This document shows positions 12,811 through 22,803 of a stretch of 36,057 nucleotides of DNA, in pieces. Made by a program: the position numbers and the translations under genes. The first letter of the stretch is position 1. The number at the start of each line of letters is the position of its first letter. This DNA is from a virus, in the IMG/VR virus record IMGVR_UViG_3300006217_000241; one strand, 5' to 3'. Below the pieces are notes generated by a model that did no database searches, was not told where the DNA came from, and saw only the letters and a program-made list of their open reading frames with translations.

Positions 12811-14648
12811 AATATAGTGCTGATGAATTAATTTTTAAAAGAAAAGAACATTGGAATGAAAAACATAGCATAATGCAAGATAAAAAATTAAGACAAGCTA
12901 TAGCAAATGAGATTATTCAAAATGAAACTTTAAGAAATGAAATACAAGAGTATCCAGAGAAGCTTATTGAGCTTCTTTTTATTGTTGTAGATAAAGATAA
13001 GAATTTAATACCATTCTTCTTGAATGAAGTGCAAAATGATTTTATACAAAATGTTTTAAATAAAGCAAAAGAAGATTATAAAAATAAAGTAATTGCAGAT
13101 ATATCAATATTAATTTTGAAAGGAAGGCAACAAGGATTTACAACAGTTATTACAGCTTATCAGTTAGCTTGTTCATTAACTCAAAGAAATTTTGAAGGAA
13201 TTACACTTGCAGATGAGTCTAGTAATACAGAAGCTATTTTTCAAAATAAAGCCAAATATGTTTATAATCAGTTGCCAGAAGTGATAAAACCTACTGAAAA
13301 ATTTAATAATAAGAGGCAAATGTTGTTTGAAAAATTAAATAGTAGTTGGTCAGCAGATATTGCAACAAAAGATGTAGGAAGGTCAAGAACTATAAATTTT
13401 CTTCATGGTTCTGAAGCTGCTTTTTGGAGAGATGGAATATCAAAGATATTAGCTGGTTTAGGAGAGGCTCTTACAAAAAGTTCAATAAAGATATATGAAA
13501 CTACGGCAAATGGATTTAATGATTTTCGTGAAATGTGGAAATCTGGCGAATATATTAATGTGTTTTATGAATGGTGGAGAACAGCAGAATATAGAATAGA
13601 ATTTGCAAGTAAACAGACTAAAGATAATTTTTTGGAAAGAGTTGAAAAAAGGGAAGATTGGATTTATGAAAGGTTAAGGTGGCTTAAGTATGTAAAAAAA
13701 TTAGAAGATGAACAGTTATGGTGGTATTATTTAAAATATAAGAAAATGTTAGATAAGGATTTAATTAAACAAGAATATCCATGTATACCAGATGAAGCAT
13801 TTTTGACAAGTGGTAATTGTGTATTTGATACAGATAGAATTGTAACGAGAATAGATGAAGCACCTAAGGCAATAAAAACTGGGTATTTTGAATATGATTA
13901 TGATGATGCTCTACCAGCTTTTGGTACAATTAATCCTGTAACAGACAGAGTTTATGAAAAAAGTAAAATATCTAATATTAAATGGGTTAATGATCCTAAT
14001 GGTTATATAAAAATATATCATTTACCAAATACACCAAAAGTAACTAAGTATGGAATTGGTGGTGATACAGCAGGAGAAGGTTCAGACTTCTTTACAGGAC
14101 ATGTATTAGATGCTAAAACAGGAGTTCAAGTTGCAGTTTTAAAACATCAGATGGATGCCGATTTATATTCAAAGCAAATGTATTGTTTGGGAATGTACTA
14201 TAAACAGGCTTTAATTGGAATAGAAAGTAATTTTGATAGTTTTCCTATTAAAGAGCTAGTAAGGCTAGGTTATCCTAATTTATATATCAGAGAAAGGGAA
14301 GATAGGAATACAGGTATATATGAGAAATCTTATGGTTTTAGGACTACAAGTGTGACAAGACCAGTTATAATATCTAAACTAATACAAATAGTTAGAGATG
14401 AAATTGAGCTTATAAATGATATAGATACATTAAAAGAAATGTTAGTCTTTATAAAGAATGAAAAGGGCAGGGCAGAAGCACAAGAAGGGGAGCATGATGA
14501 TTTAGTAATGGGACTTGCTATAGCATATAGAATAATAGAACAGATAGTATTTATGGAGGAAGATATAATAGTAGAAAATGCTCCACAATTTGATTTTGAA
14601 AAAGAGGAAAGTTTTAGTGATTATGGAGAGGAAATAACTGTAATTTAG
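12807..14648 (+). CDS. terL: Terminase large subunit
   Basis: An ATGA overlap with terS indicates start-stop coupling. The Walker-A-like motif is LKGRQQGFTT. The C-terminal nuclease-type acidic motifs are GGDTAGEGSD and EHDDLVMGLAIAY. Confidence 0.85.
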   Translation: MKYSADELIFKRKEHWNEKHSIMQDKKLRQAIANEIIQNETLRNEIQEYPEKLIELLFIVVDKDKNLIPFFLNEVQNDFIQNVLNKAKEDYKNKVIADISILILKGRQQGFTTVITAYQLACSLTQRNFEGITLADESSNTEAIFQNKAKYVYNQLPEVIKPTEKFNNKRQMLFEKLNSSWSADIATKDVGRSRTINFLHGSEAAFWRDGISKILAGLGEALTKSSIKIYETTANGFNDFREMWKSGEYINVFYEWWRTAEYRIEFASKQTKDNFLERVEKREDWIYERLRWLKYVKKLEDEQLWWYYLKYKKMLDKDLIKQEYPCIPDEAFLTSGNCVFDTDRIVTRIDEAPKAIKTGYFEYDYDDALPAFGTINPVTDRVYEKSKISNIKWVNDPNGYIKIYHLPNTPKVTKYGIGGDTAGEGSDFFTGHVLDAKTGVQVAVLKHQMDADLYSKQMYCLGMYYKQALIGIESNFDSFPIKELVRLGYPNLYIREREDRNTGIYEKSYGFRTTSVTRPVIISKLIQIVRDEIELINDIDTLKEMLVFIKNEKGRAEAQEGEHDDLVMGLAIAYRIIEQIVFMEEDIIVENAPQFDFEKEESFSDYGEEITVI

Positions 14649-14657
14649 GAGGAAAAG

Positions 14658-14915
14658 ATGAGTTTAACAGAATTTTTTTTAATTATATTATGTATTCAAA
14701 TTTCAAACATTTTTATGTTTGTTTTTTTTATGTTTGTAATAAATGGAAGAAAAGTAAGAATAAATCCAATACAACTATATAGAGAGCATAAAGAAATTGA
14801 AGAAGAAAGTGAGAAAGAGAAATTAAAAGAAAAACAGATATTAGAGTCAATAGAGAATATCGATAATTATAATGGAACTGAGTTTGGTCAGAAAGAAATT
14901 ACAAGATATTTATAG
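14658..14915 (+). CDS. Small membrane protein between terL and portal (85 aa)
   Basis: SD AGGAGG lies upstream. The N-terminal hydrophobic helix is FFLIILCIQISNIFMFVFFMFVI. Confidence 0.5.
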   Translation: MSLTEFFLIILCIQISNIFMFVFFMFVINGRKVRINPIQLYREHKEIEEESEKEKLKEKQILESIENIDNYNGTEFGQKEITRYL

Positions 14916-14924
14916 GAGGAATCA

Positions 14925-16604
14925 ATGGATATAAAGGAATTACAAGAAACTGAGGTATGGGCTTTGTATCAACAGGGACAAGATTTTATGAGAATGAAAA
15001 ATATGTATACGCAAACGGATTTGAATTTTCGTATGTTTAATGGAAATCAAAATGAAGGATTAAAAGTAGAAGGCATAGAGCCAATACAATTAAATTATAT
15101 TAAGCCAATAGTACGTTATAAGGTAGGTGTAGCAATAGAATATTTGTGGGCAATAGTATATTCTAGTGCTAATACAGAGAATAGAGAATTTCAAGGAACT
15201 TCTGAAAAAGTATGTGGATTATTGAATAAAAAAGTTGCAAAGGTATGGGAAAGAGAATATTTTGATAAAAAAATTCAAAAGATTTGTAAAAACGCAGCAA
15301 TAAATGGAGAATGTGTTTGCTATATGGAATATAACAAAAAAAGATTAACTCCAAAATTAAAAGTATTATCAAAAGTAGATGTATACTATGGTAATGAGAA
15401 TAACGATGAGATAGAGGAACAACCATATATACTAATAAAACAAAGGGTTTCTGTAATAGAAGCAAGGAAAATAGCAAAAGAAAACAATGTAGTAGAAGAG
15501 CAGATGGAATTAATATGTGGAGATGGAGAAACGTTTGAGGAAAGCGGAGAAGATGCAAAACTAGAAAAAGACGATATGGTAACAATAGTTACAAAGTTGT
15601 ACAAAAAAGATGGAAAAGTATATATGTCAAAAGCTACAAGATATGTAGAAATAAAGAAGGAAACCAATACTGGTCTTTCTTTATATCCAGTTTTTCACTT
15701 GATTTGGGAGGAAAAAGAAGGGTCAGCAAGAGGAACAGGAGAAGTAGAACCATTAATACCAAACCAGTTAGAAGTTAACAAAACGCTTATGAGAAGGGCT
15801 TTAGTTGCAAAGTTAACAGCATATCCAACGAAAGCAGTAGCAATAGAAAAAGTAGCAAATCCAAAAGATATAAATAAGGTTGGAGGAATAATAAAAATTA
15901 AGGGTACAGATGTACAAGATGTTAATAAAATTTTTGCAAATGTAACTCCAGCACATATGAGTCCAGATGTACAAGCTTTAATGAATGATTTAATTACTAT
16001 ATCCAGGGAACTGGCAAATGCTTCTGATGTTGCGAGTGGAAGTTTAAATAATAGTACCCTTCAAAATGCGAGTGGTAGAGCAATACTTGCAGTACAACAA
16101 GCGGCACAACAGCCTTTAAAAGAGCAGATAGGAAATATCAAGTATTTTATAGAATGCTTTGCACGAATATATCTTGACCATATTAAAACATATAATATTG
16201 AAGGTATACAGCTTGAAGAGGAAATTATAGGACAGAATGGAGAAAAAAACACAATATTAATACCTGTTGAAGGGAGTATATTAGAACAATTACAAGCAGA
16301 TGTGAAAGTTGATATAACTCCTAAGGGAGCATATGATAAATTTGCACAAGAGCAGAGTTTAGAAAATATGTTACAAGCAGGGTATTTTAATGTGCAAAGG
16401 TTACAAGAATTAAAAATATATGTAGAACTTTTAGATGATGATAGCTCAATGCCAAAACAAAAATTATTAAAGGCGATTGAAAAAATGGAAGAAGAACAGC
16501 AAAAGGTTGCACAAATAAATGCACAAGCAAAATTAATGCAACAAAGTGCAATGCAAAGTATTAATAACGAAGAACAAATAATGAATGAACAAATGGCACA
16601 ATAA
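14925..16604 (+). CDS. Portal protein
   Basis: It is 559 aa and lies directly after the terminase. SD AGGAGG lies upstream. It has a Gln-rich C-terminal tail. Confidence 0.7.
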   Translation: MDIKELQETEVWALYQQGQDFMRMKNMYTQTDLNFRMFNGNQNEGLKVEGIEPIQLNYIKPIVRYKVGVAIEYLWAIVYSSANTENREFQGTSEKVCGLLNKKVAKVWEREYFDKKIQKICKNAAINGECVCYMEYNKKRLTPKLKVLSKVDVYYGNENNDEIEEQPYILIKQRVSVIEARKIAKENNVVEEQMELICGDGETFEESGEDAKLEKDDMVTIVTKLYKKDGKVYMSKATRYVEIKKETNTGLSLYPVFHLIWEEKEGSARGTGEVEPLIPNQLEVNKTLMRRALVAKLTAYPTKAVAIEKVANPKDINKVGGIIKIKGTDVQDVNKIFANVTPAHMSPDVQALMNDLITISRELANASDVASGSLNNSTLQNASGRAILAVQQAAQQPLKEQIGNIKYFIECFARIYLDHIKTYNIEGIQLEEEIIGQNGEKNTILIPVEGSILEQLQADVKVDITPKGAYDKFAQEQSLENMLQAGYFNVQRLQELKIYVELLDDDSSMPKQKLLKAIEKMEEEQQKVAQINAQAKLMQQSAMQSINNEEQIMNEQMAQ

Positions 16605-16618
16605 ATAGCTTAATTAAT

Positions 16619-16651
16619 ACATTACGAATAAAAATTCGTAGTGTGTTTTTT
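16619..16651 (+). terminator. Rho-independent terminator after the portal gene
   Basis: ACATTACGAAT-AAAA-ATTCGTAGTGT forms an 11-bp stem with one G-U pair. GTTTTTT follows. Confidence 0.65.
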
Positions 16652-16737
16652 AATATATTAGTCCAAGCATTAATGACTTAAAACTTTATGGGTAAGTGAA
16701 GTTAAACACTTATAGAAAAAATAGGAGGTAAAGAAAA

Positions 16738-17589
16738 ATGAATGATGATGAAGAATTCTTAAGTGAAGAAGAAAAACTAGTAGATGAAGAAACTACTGAG
16801 AATGTGGAGGAACAAACCACAGAAGAAATTGTTGAAGGAGAGGAAAACTCCACTGAATCTGATAATAGTGATAATACTATTACAGAAGAGGAAAAAAAGT
16901 ACACAGAAAAAGAGCTTAATGCTAGAGTAGATGATTTACTAAGAAAAAAGTTAGCAAGGAAGGAATCAAAAATAAGGAGAGAATATGAAAAGAAATATTC
17001 TGGTTATTCTGAACTTGGTAATGTTGTAAAGGCAGGTTTAGGAACTTCTGATTTGAATGAAGCTAATAAACAATTACGTAAATTCTATGAAGAACAAGGA
17101 GTTCAAATACCTATACAAAGTAAATTTTCTAATAGAGAGGAAGAAATATTAGCAAATGCAGAGGCAGAAGAAATTATATCAGCAGGTTATGAAGATATAG
17201 TTGAGGAACTAAATAGATTAACTGATGTTGGTATAGATAAAATGACTAATAGAGAAAAATTAGTATTTAAAGCTCTTTCAGATAAAAGACAAGTTCTTGA
17301 AACTGAAAAGGAACTTTTAAAAGTTGGAGCAGACCAAAAAGTTATTAATAGTGAAGAATATAAGAATTTCATTAAAGAGAATGGACTTGAAGCTGTTTCG
17401 GCAAAGAAAACTTATGAGTTATATCGTAAGTTAAAACCTATGCCACAGGTTGAACAGATTGGAGATTTAACTAATAAAAATTCTAAAAAAGATGATGATT
17501 TTATTTCTGAGGCTGAATACGACAAAATGACCCCAGAGGAAATAGATAAGAATTTTGATAAAATTCGAAAATCTATGAAAAAGTGGTAA
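16738..17589 (+). CDS. Putative scaffolding protein
   Basis: It has a very acidic N-terminus and is predicted to be helical or coiled-coil. It lies between the portal and capsid genes. Confidence 0.55.
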   Translation: MNDDEEFLSEEEKLVDEETTENVEEQTTEEIVEGEENSTESDNSDNTITEEEKKYTEKELNARVDDLLRKKLARKESKIRREYEKKYSGYSELGNVVKAGLGTSDLNEANKQLRKFYEEQGVQIPIQSKFSNREEEILANAEAEEIISAGYEDIVEELNRLTDVGIDKMTNREKLVFKALSDKRQVLETEKELLKVGADQKVINSEEYKNFIKENGLEAVSAKKTYELYRKLKPMPQVEQIGDLTNKNSKKDDDFISEAEYDKMTPEEIDKNFDKIRKSMKKW

Positions 17590-17613
17590 TAAAAGATGAA
17601 AGGATGATTTATT

Positions 17614-18426
17614 ATGGCAGGAAATTTTAAACCTATGTTTTGGTCAAAATATTGCCAAAGAGAATTAAAGAATGATTTAATTCTAGCAAATTGGTGTAAT
17701 TATCAATTTGATAAAGAAGCTGAAAAAGGAGCTAGATTAAAAATAGTTGGAGTTGTAAGACCTACAATTCAAACTTATGTACCAGGAAAGGATTTAAAGA
17801 TTGAAGATTTAGGAGATAATGCACAATACATAGATATTGACCAGTATAAAGCATTTGCTTTTGAGGTTGATGATGTTGATAAGGCTCAAAGTGTTCCAGA
17901 ATATTTGGAAACACAATTTGATGAAGCAAAAGAAGCATTAGCTGAAGATTATGATAAGTTTATAGGAACTTTAGCTAAAAATGCACTATCAACAATGAAA
18001 TCTGCACAAACAGCGATTGTGAACGAAACAGATCCATTCAAAACTATAGATGAAGGAATTGTAAAATTATATAAAAATGGTGTTACAACTAAAACAGAAC
18101 TTGCAGCTGATTTGAATCCAGTACATTTAAATGCTTGTAGAAAGAAATTACAAACAATATTTACAGAAAACGTTGAATATATTAAAAGAGGTGCTGTTGG
18201 AAAATATAACAATTGTTTCTTAAGGATGTCAAATAATCTATATAATGATGGTACATGTGATTATGAAATGATAAGAACTAAAAAAGCTATTGCAACAGCA
18301 AATAGTATAGATAAAGTTGAAAAAACAAGAAAAGAAAAAGGTTTTGCAGATATCATAAAAGGTTTACACGTTTATGGTGGAAAATTAGTAAGACCTAAAG
18401 AATTATATGTAATATTAGCAAAATAG
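17614..18426 (+). CDS. Major capsid protein (P22-coat / N4-gp56-like family)
   Basis: The N-terminal pattern FKPMFWSKYCQRELKNDLILANWCNYQFDKEAEKGARLKIVG is typical of this coat family. It lies directly after the scaffold gene. Confidence 0.65.
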   Translation: MAGNFKPMFWSKYCQRELKNDLILANWCNYQFDKEAEKGARLKIVGVVRPTIQTYVPGKDLKIEDLGDNAQYIDIDQYKAFAFEVDDVDKAQSVPEYLETQFDEAKEALAEDYDKFIGTLAKNALSTMKSAQTAIVNETDPFKTIDEGIVKLYKNGVTTKTELAADLNPVHLNACRKKLQTIFTENVEYIKRGAVGKYNNCFLRMSNNLYNDGTCDYEMIRTKKAIATANSIDKVEKTRKEKGFADIIKGLHVYGGKLVRPKELYVILAK

Positions 18427-18434
18427 TTAAAAAG

Positions 18435-18571
18435 CTTTCTTCGAGGATTGATTTTTAGCTGTTTTTATTGTGTAAACAACAAGGTTCTGGGGTACCACAC
18501 CCACAAGCTTTGCTTGTGAGGTGGGTCAGGTTCTTATTTTTTTAATATACAGTTTTATACCCTCGAAGGAA
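18435..18571 (+). promoter_or_regulatory. GC-rich structured element downstream of the capsid gene
   Basis: A long-range stem pairs TTTCTTCGAGG (18436-18446) with CCTCGAAGGAA (18561-18571). An internal hairpin CACCCACAAGC-TTT-GCTTGTG(A)GGTG lies at 18498-18523. A T7 run follows at 18535-18543. Confidence 0.4.
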
Positions 18572-18597
18572 AAATAAATTATAAGGAGGATAAAGAA

Positions 18598-18954
18598 ATG
18601 GCAGTAAAAGAAATAACACCACAAAAAGTGGATTTTAATTCTATAAAGAATATAGAGTTTGTAGCACCAACAGCGGTAGCAGATGGTTGCAAATTTACAA
18701 TTCCAAAGGATTTTGCAGGAAGTGAGTATTTAACAATACTTGCACAAAATACAGGTAGTGCTGCATACGATGTGTCTGTAAAAGCTCCAGTAAATGGAAG
18801 CTATGCAGCTGCTGATAGTAATTTAGTATTAGCAGATGTACCAGCAAATGGAATAGTTGCTATAAGAATAGAAAGTGCAAGATATGCTAATAATGATGGA
18901 ACTGTAACTGTATTAGCAGAGAATGTAGGAGTTAAATTTGCAGTAATATATTAG
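18598..18954 (+). CDS. Abundant small virion protein candidate (118 aa; decoration-type?)
   Basis: It has a strong SD TAAGGAGGA and less AT-biased, Ala/Val-rich composition. A strong terminator follows it and it is adjacent to the capsid gene. Confidence 0.4.
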   Translation: MAVKEITPQKVDFNSIKNIEFVAPTAVADGCKFTIPKDFAGSEYLTILAQNTGSAAYDVSVKAPVNGSYAAADSNLVLADVPANGIVAIRIESARYANNDGTVTVLAENVGVKFAVIY

Positions 18955-18975
18955 AAAACTAGGAAAAGAATATAA

Positions 18976-19022
18976 TGCATTCCAAATATTAAATTATTAT
19001 TTAATATTTGGGTGCATTTTTT
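18976..19022 (+). terminator. Strong rho-independent terminator
   Basis: TGCATTCCAAATATTAAA-TTATTA-TTTAATATTTGGGTGCA forms the hairpin, with 12 perfect base pairs plus an extension. TTTTTT follows. Confidence 0.75.
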
Positions 19023-19075
19023 ATGGTGTAAAAAGTTTAAGTTGGTGCAATTCCAACATACACATAGGAGGATTT

Positions 19076-19438
19076 ATGGAAAAATTAAATAAATTAGATA
19101 AGTATGTTATTTCTCCAAATGTTAGATTTTATGGAGGATATAAACATAATGGTAATGATATAGAACTTTGTGATGATTTTGACGAGGAGGAAGAGTATAA
19201 AGTACATATTGTGGATAAAATTATAAATAATGTTTTAATTAAAGATATAGAAAAAGAATATAAAATGAGGAATGGCAAAAAAGTAAAACAAAAAGAGCAT
19301 CAAGAAATAGAACTAGATGATAATCAATTATTGATATATGTAGAGAGGCAAGGCTTTATTATTAGTGAATATATTATGCTTACTATTGATGAGGCTATTG
19401 AAAGATATAATTTGTTAAAATCTCCTGTTGAGGAGTAA
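19076..19438 (+). CDS. Hypothetical structural-module protein (120 aa)
   Basis: SD AGGAGG lies upstream. The call is by position only. Confidence 0.5.
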   Translation: MEKLNKLDKYVISPNVRFYGGYKHNGNDIELCDDFDEEEEYKVHIVDKIINNVLIKDIEKEYKMRNGKKVKQKEHQEIELDDNQLLIYVERQGFIISEYIMLTIDEAIERYNLLKSPVEE

Positions 19439-19447
19439 GGAGGAGTT

Positions 19448-19987
19448 ATGACTTTAGGAGATATGAAACAAAAAGTTTTTAGATTAATTGAAGAGATAAA
19501 TGAAGAGAATAAGGATTTAACTGATGATCCTGATTTTAAGAATAAAATAAATGATGTTATAGACCAAATTCAACATGAACTGGCTAGAATTAAGAAAATT
19601 TCTGCAATGGAGATAGTGAATGTGACAGAGGGAGAAACGTTTGAATTAACTGATTTAGATAATTTTTATCAATTAAATAAAATTAGAGGAGTTGAGTATT
19701 CTGATTTTGGAAATTTTGTTGAATTTGAGGAGACGGGAGAAGCTAAATTTTATTATTATAAATATCCTAAAAAGATAAATCATAAAAGTAATGATAATAT
19801 GAAATTAGAGATAAGTGAAGATGCACAGGAGATTATGCCTTATGGAGTAGCAGCTGATTTATTAAAGAGTGATGTTTCTAATCAGTATGGGACTATTTAT
19901 GCTAATAGATATGCAGAGTTAAAACAGGGGTTAGACCCAAGGTATAGTGAGAATTATTGCAGTATTGAGGGTGGAACTGATATGTAG
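19448..19987 (+). CDS. Putative head-tail adaptor/connector protein (179 aa)
   Basis: SD AAGGAGG lies upstream. The functional call is by position only. Confidence 0.4.
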   Translation: MTLGDMKQKVFRLIEEINEENKDLTDDPDFKNKINDVIDQIQHELARIKKISAMEIVNVTEGETFELTDLDNFYQLNKIRGVEYSDFGNFVEFEETGEAKFYYYKYPKKINHKSNDNMKLEISEDAQEIMPYGVAADLLKSDVSNQYGTIYANRYAELKQGLDPRYSENYCSIEGGTDM

Positions 19988-19996
19988 GAGGAGAAA

Positions 19997-21712
19997 ATGT
20001 CAGAGGTAAGTGGTAGTTTAATAACAAGAAATTATACTAATTTTAGAGGTATAGATTTTAGTAATAAAGAGGTTTCGATGTATCGAAGCCCAGATGCACT
20101 AAATATGTGGAAGAATTATAAGAAATTGGGAATGAGTATAGAAACAAGACCAGATATAAAGTTATTTATGAAATTGTATAATACTATATATGGTTTGTTT
20201 TTTTATACCATTAATAATACAGACCATATAATTATTCATTGTGGAGTATCTTTATATGATTATAATACGTTGACTCAGAATGTGAAAGTTATTAAAGAAA
20301 AGGGTATGAATATAAGAAAGAGTCAAAGTTTTATATATAGAAATATACTTTATATAAAAGATGGCTTAAATTATTTACAATATGATGGAAAGACATGTGA
20401 AGAAGTTACAGGTTATATTGTGAGAACTACTATAGGAAAAGCACCAACAGGAGAGGGGGCAACATATCAAGAAGTTAATTTATTAACGGGTGTGAGAGAG
20501 AATAGCTTTTGTGGAGATGGGAAAAGTACAGAGTATGTATTAGATGCTAAGGAATTAGATGCTGATTATACTGTAAGAGTGTTTATTGATGATGTTGAAA
20601 TGACAGAAGGTTTTACATTAGATAAAGTGAATGGGAAGGTTAATTTTGAAAAGGCTCCTGATATTCCTTTAACAGAGGGACAGGATAATGTAGTAATAAG
20701 GTTTAGTAAAACTATACCAGGTAATAGGGAAAAGATAAATAAGTGTACTATATTAGAGGTTTTTGATAATAGGGTATTTTTTAGTGGAAATCAAGATTAT
20801 CCTAATACTGTTTTCCATTGTATGCTAGATGAGCCCAAATATTGTAGTGATATGGATTATTACAATGAAGGTCTTGATATTAGTCCAGTGAGAACTATGA
20901 TAGCAGGGAATAATGCTTTGTGGGTAATTAAAAAACCTAGTCAAGCAAATACTTCAATATTCTATCATAATCCTGCTATTGATAGTGAGGCAGGTAAAGT
21001 TTATCCTTCTGAGCATTCTAATATTTCAACAGGGTGTATTGGAAGTGGGATTAATTTTAATGATGATATAATTTTCTTTTCTGATAGAGGAATGGAAGGA
21101 ATCAGTGGAGATATAACAACAGAGCAGGTTATTTCCCATAGAAGTTCTTTAGTAGATAGCAAGCTGTTACAAGAGGAAGATTATGAGAATATGATTTTAG
21201 TTGAGTGGGAAGGTTATTTACTGGTAATTATTAAAAATAAAATATATTTAGCAGATAGCAGGGCTATGTTTACAAATAATACTCATAATGAATATGAGTG
21301 GTTTTATTGGGAGTTAGAAAAAGATATAAGTGTAGCTAATGTTAAAGATGGAGTTTTATATTTGTGTAGTAATGATGGAATATATACAGTTGATAATTTT
21401 TCTGATGATAGAGAAATAAATTCGTATTGGACTACTTGTGAAGATGAGTTTAAGTACCCACATATGCAAAAGACAACAAATAAAAGAGGATGTGTGGCGG
21501 ATATTATAGGAGAAAAAGTAATAGTTTCGGTAAAGACAAATAAGGATGATTTTGAAGAAATAAGTAGACACACAAATATTAAAGGATATGCAGTAAATAG
21601 AATTAAAAAGAAAAAATGGAAAAGTATTCAATTGAAATTTAGTTCAGACAAACCGTTTGAGCTTTTTTCTTGTACTTTAGAGAGTTATATAGGAAGTTAT
21701 ATAAAAAGGTAA
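19997..21712 (+). CDS. Virion structural protein (571 aa; tail or adaptor component)
   Basis: SD AGGAGG lies upstream. It is a large ORF in the morphogenesis block. No family recognised by eye. Confidence 0.5.
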   Translation: MSEVSGSLITRNYTNFRGIDFSNKEVSMYRSPDALNMWKNYKKLGMSIETRPDIKLFMKLYNTIYGLFFYTINNTDHIIIHCGVSLYDYNTLTQNVKVIKEKGMNIRKSQSFIYRNILYIKDGLNYLQYDGKTCEEVTGYIVRTTIGKAPTGEGATYQEVNLLTGVRENSFCGDGKSTEYVLDAKELDADYTVRVFIDDVEMTEGFTLDKVNGKVNFEKAPDIPLTEGQDNVVIRFSKTIPGNREKINKCTILEVFDNRVFFSGNQDYPNTVFHCMLDEPKYCSDMDYYNEGLDISPVRTMIAGNNALWVIKKPSQANTSIFYHNPAIDSEAGKVYPSEHSNISTGCIGSGINFNDDIIFFSDRGMEGISGDITTEQVISHRSSLVDSKLLQEEDYENMILVEWEGYLLVIIKNKIYLADSRAMFTNNTHNEYEWFYWELEKDISVANVKDGVLYLCSNDGIYTVDNFSDDREINSYWTTCEDEFKYPHMQKTTNKRGCVADIIGEKVIVSVKTNKDDFEEISRHTNIKGYAVNRIKKKKWKSIQLKFSSDKPFELFSCTLESYIGSYIKR

Positions 21713-21725
21713 ATGGGAGGAAAAT

Positions 21726-22793
21726 ATGGCAGATAAATATGCTGTTAATTATGAAGATGAAAGATTTAAAAATGTAGAAAATGAGAAGAATCAGAAGCTT
21801 ACGGAAACGACTAATCGATATGATAATATGATAAATAATTCAGATAAATTTTATCAAGACCAAATTAATGCATCTAAGGATTGGGCAAATAAACAAAGTG
21901 AAATACAGCAACAACAAACGGATTTTGCTATAGAGAAAATTAATCAGCAAAGAGAAAAGGCGGAAAAAGATTATAAAAGAGAGCAGAAAGCAAGCTATGT
22001 GGATTATACGAAACAAGTAGATCCATTTTCAGTAGATAGTGAAAAGATTGCTGCAAATGGGTTGCAAAATAGTGGATATGCTGAAAGTTCAAGAGTTTCG
22101 ATGTGGAATGCTTATCAAAATAGATATGCTAAGGCAAGAGAAAGTTTTGCAAATGCAAAGATGAATTTTGATAATGGAATTAAGGAGGCACAACTTGCAA
22201 ATAGTAGTGCTTTGGCACAGATAGCATATAATGCTCTTCAAAATGAATTAGAGTTATCTTTACAAGGCTTTAAATATAAGAATGAATTAACATTGCAAAA
22301 AGAAGCACAGTTACAAAATATTAATGATAGCTATTATGCTAGATGGCAGGATGTATTGGCACAAATAAATACAGAAATAGAAAGACAAAGGCAACAAGAT
22401 GAAAGAGAAGAAGCTAACAGACAATGGTGGGAGGAATTTAATTTGAAGAAACAACAATATGCAATTGAAAATAGTAGGGCAGAAAGACAGTTACAAAATG
22501 CATTAGCTAATGAGGGAAATTATATTGTAAATAGTGGTGGTAATGGAAGTATAGGTAATGTTGCTGCACAAGCAGGAGTAGGAGCAATAAATTCTATAAA
22601 TGGTAATGCTATGAGTAGTAATGCACAAAATGTTTACAATTACATTCAAAAAAATAAATCAAATTTATTTTCTTCTGGTGTGGGTAAACAGATATCAAAT
22701 TATGCAGTGAGAAACTATATAAAAAAGCAATATAATAATAACATGATAAGTGATAATGATGCAAAGATATTATTTGAAAAATTTGGAGTATAA
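21726..22793 (+). CDS. Gln/Asn-rich coiled-coil virion protein (355 aa)
   Basis: SD GGGAGG lies upstream. It contains long heptad-like Q/E/K-rich stretches. Confidence 0.5.
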   Translation: MADKYAVNYEDERFKNVENEKNQKLTETTNRYDNMINNSDKFYQDQINASKDWANKQSEIQQQQTDFAIEKINQQREKAEKDYKREQKASYVDYTKQVDPFSVDSEKIAANGLQNSGYAESSRVSMWNAYQNRYAKARESFANAKMNFDNGIKEAQLANSSALAQIAYNALQNELELSLQGFKYKNELTLQKEAQLQNINDSYYARWQDVLAQINTEIERQRQQDEREEANRQWWEEFNLKKQQYAIENSRAERQLQNALANEGNYIVNSGGNGSIGNVAAQAGVGAINSINGNAMSSNAQNVYNYIQKNKSNLFSSGVGKQISNYAVRNYIKKQYNNNMISDNDAKILFEKFGV

Positions 22794-22803
22794 GGGGGCA
22801 AAA

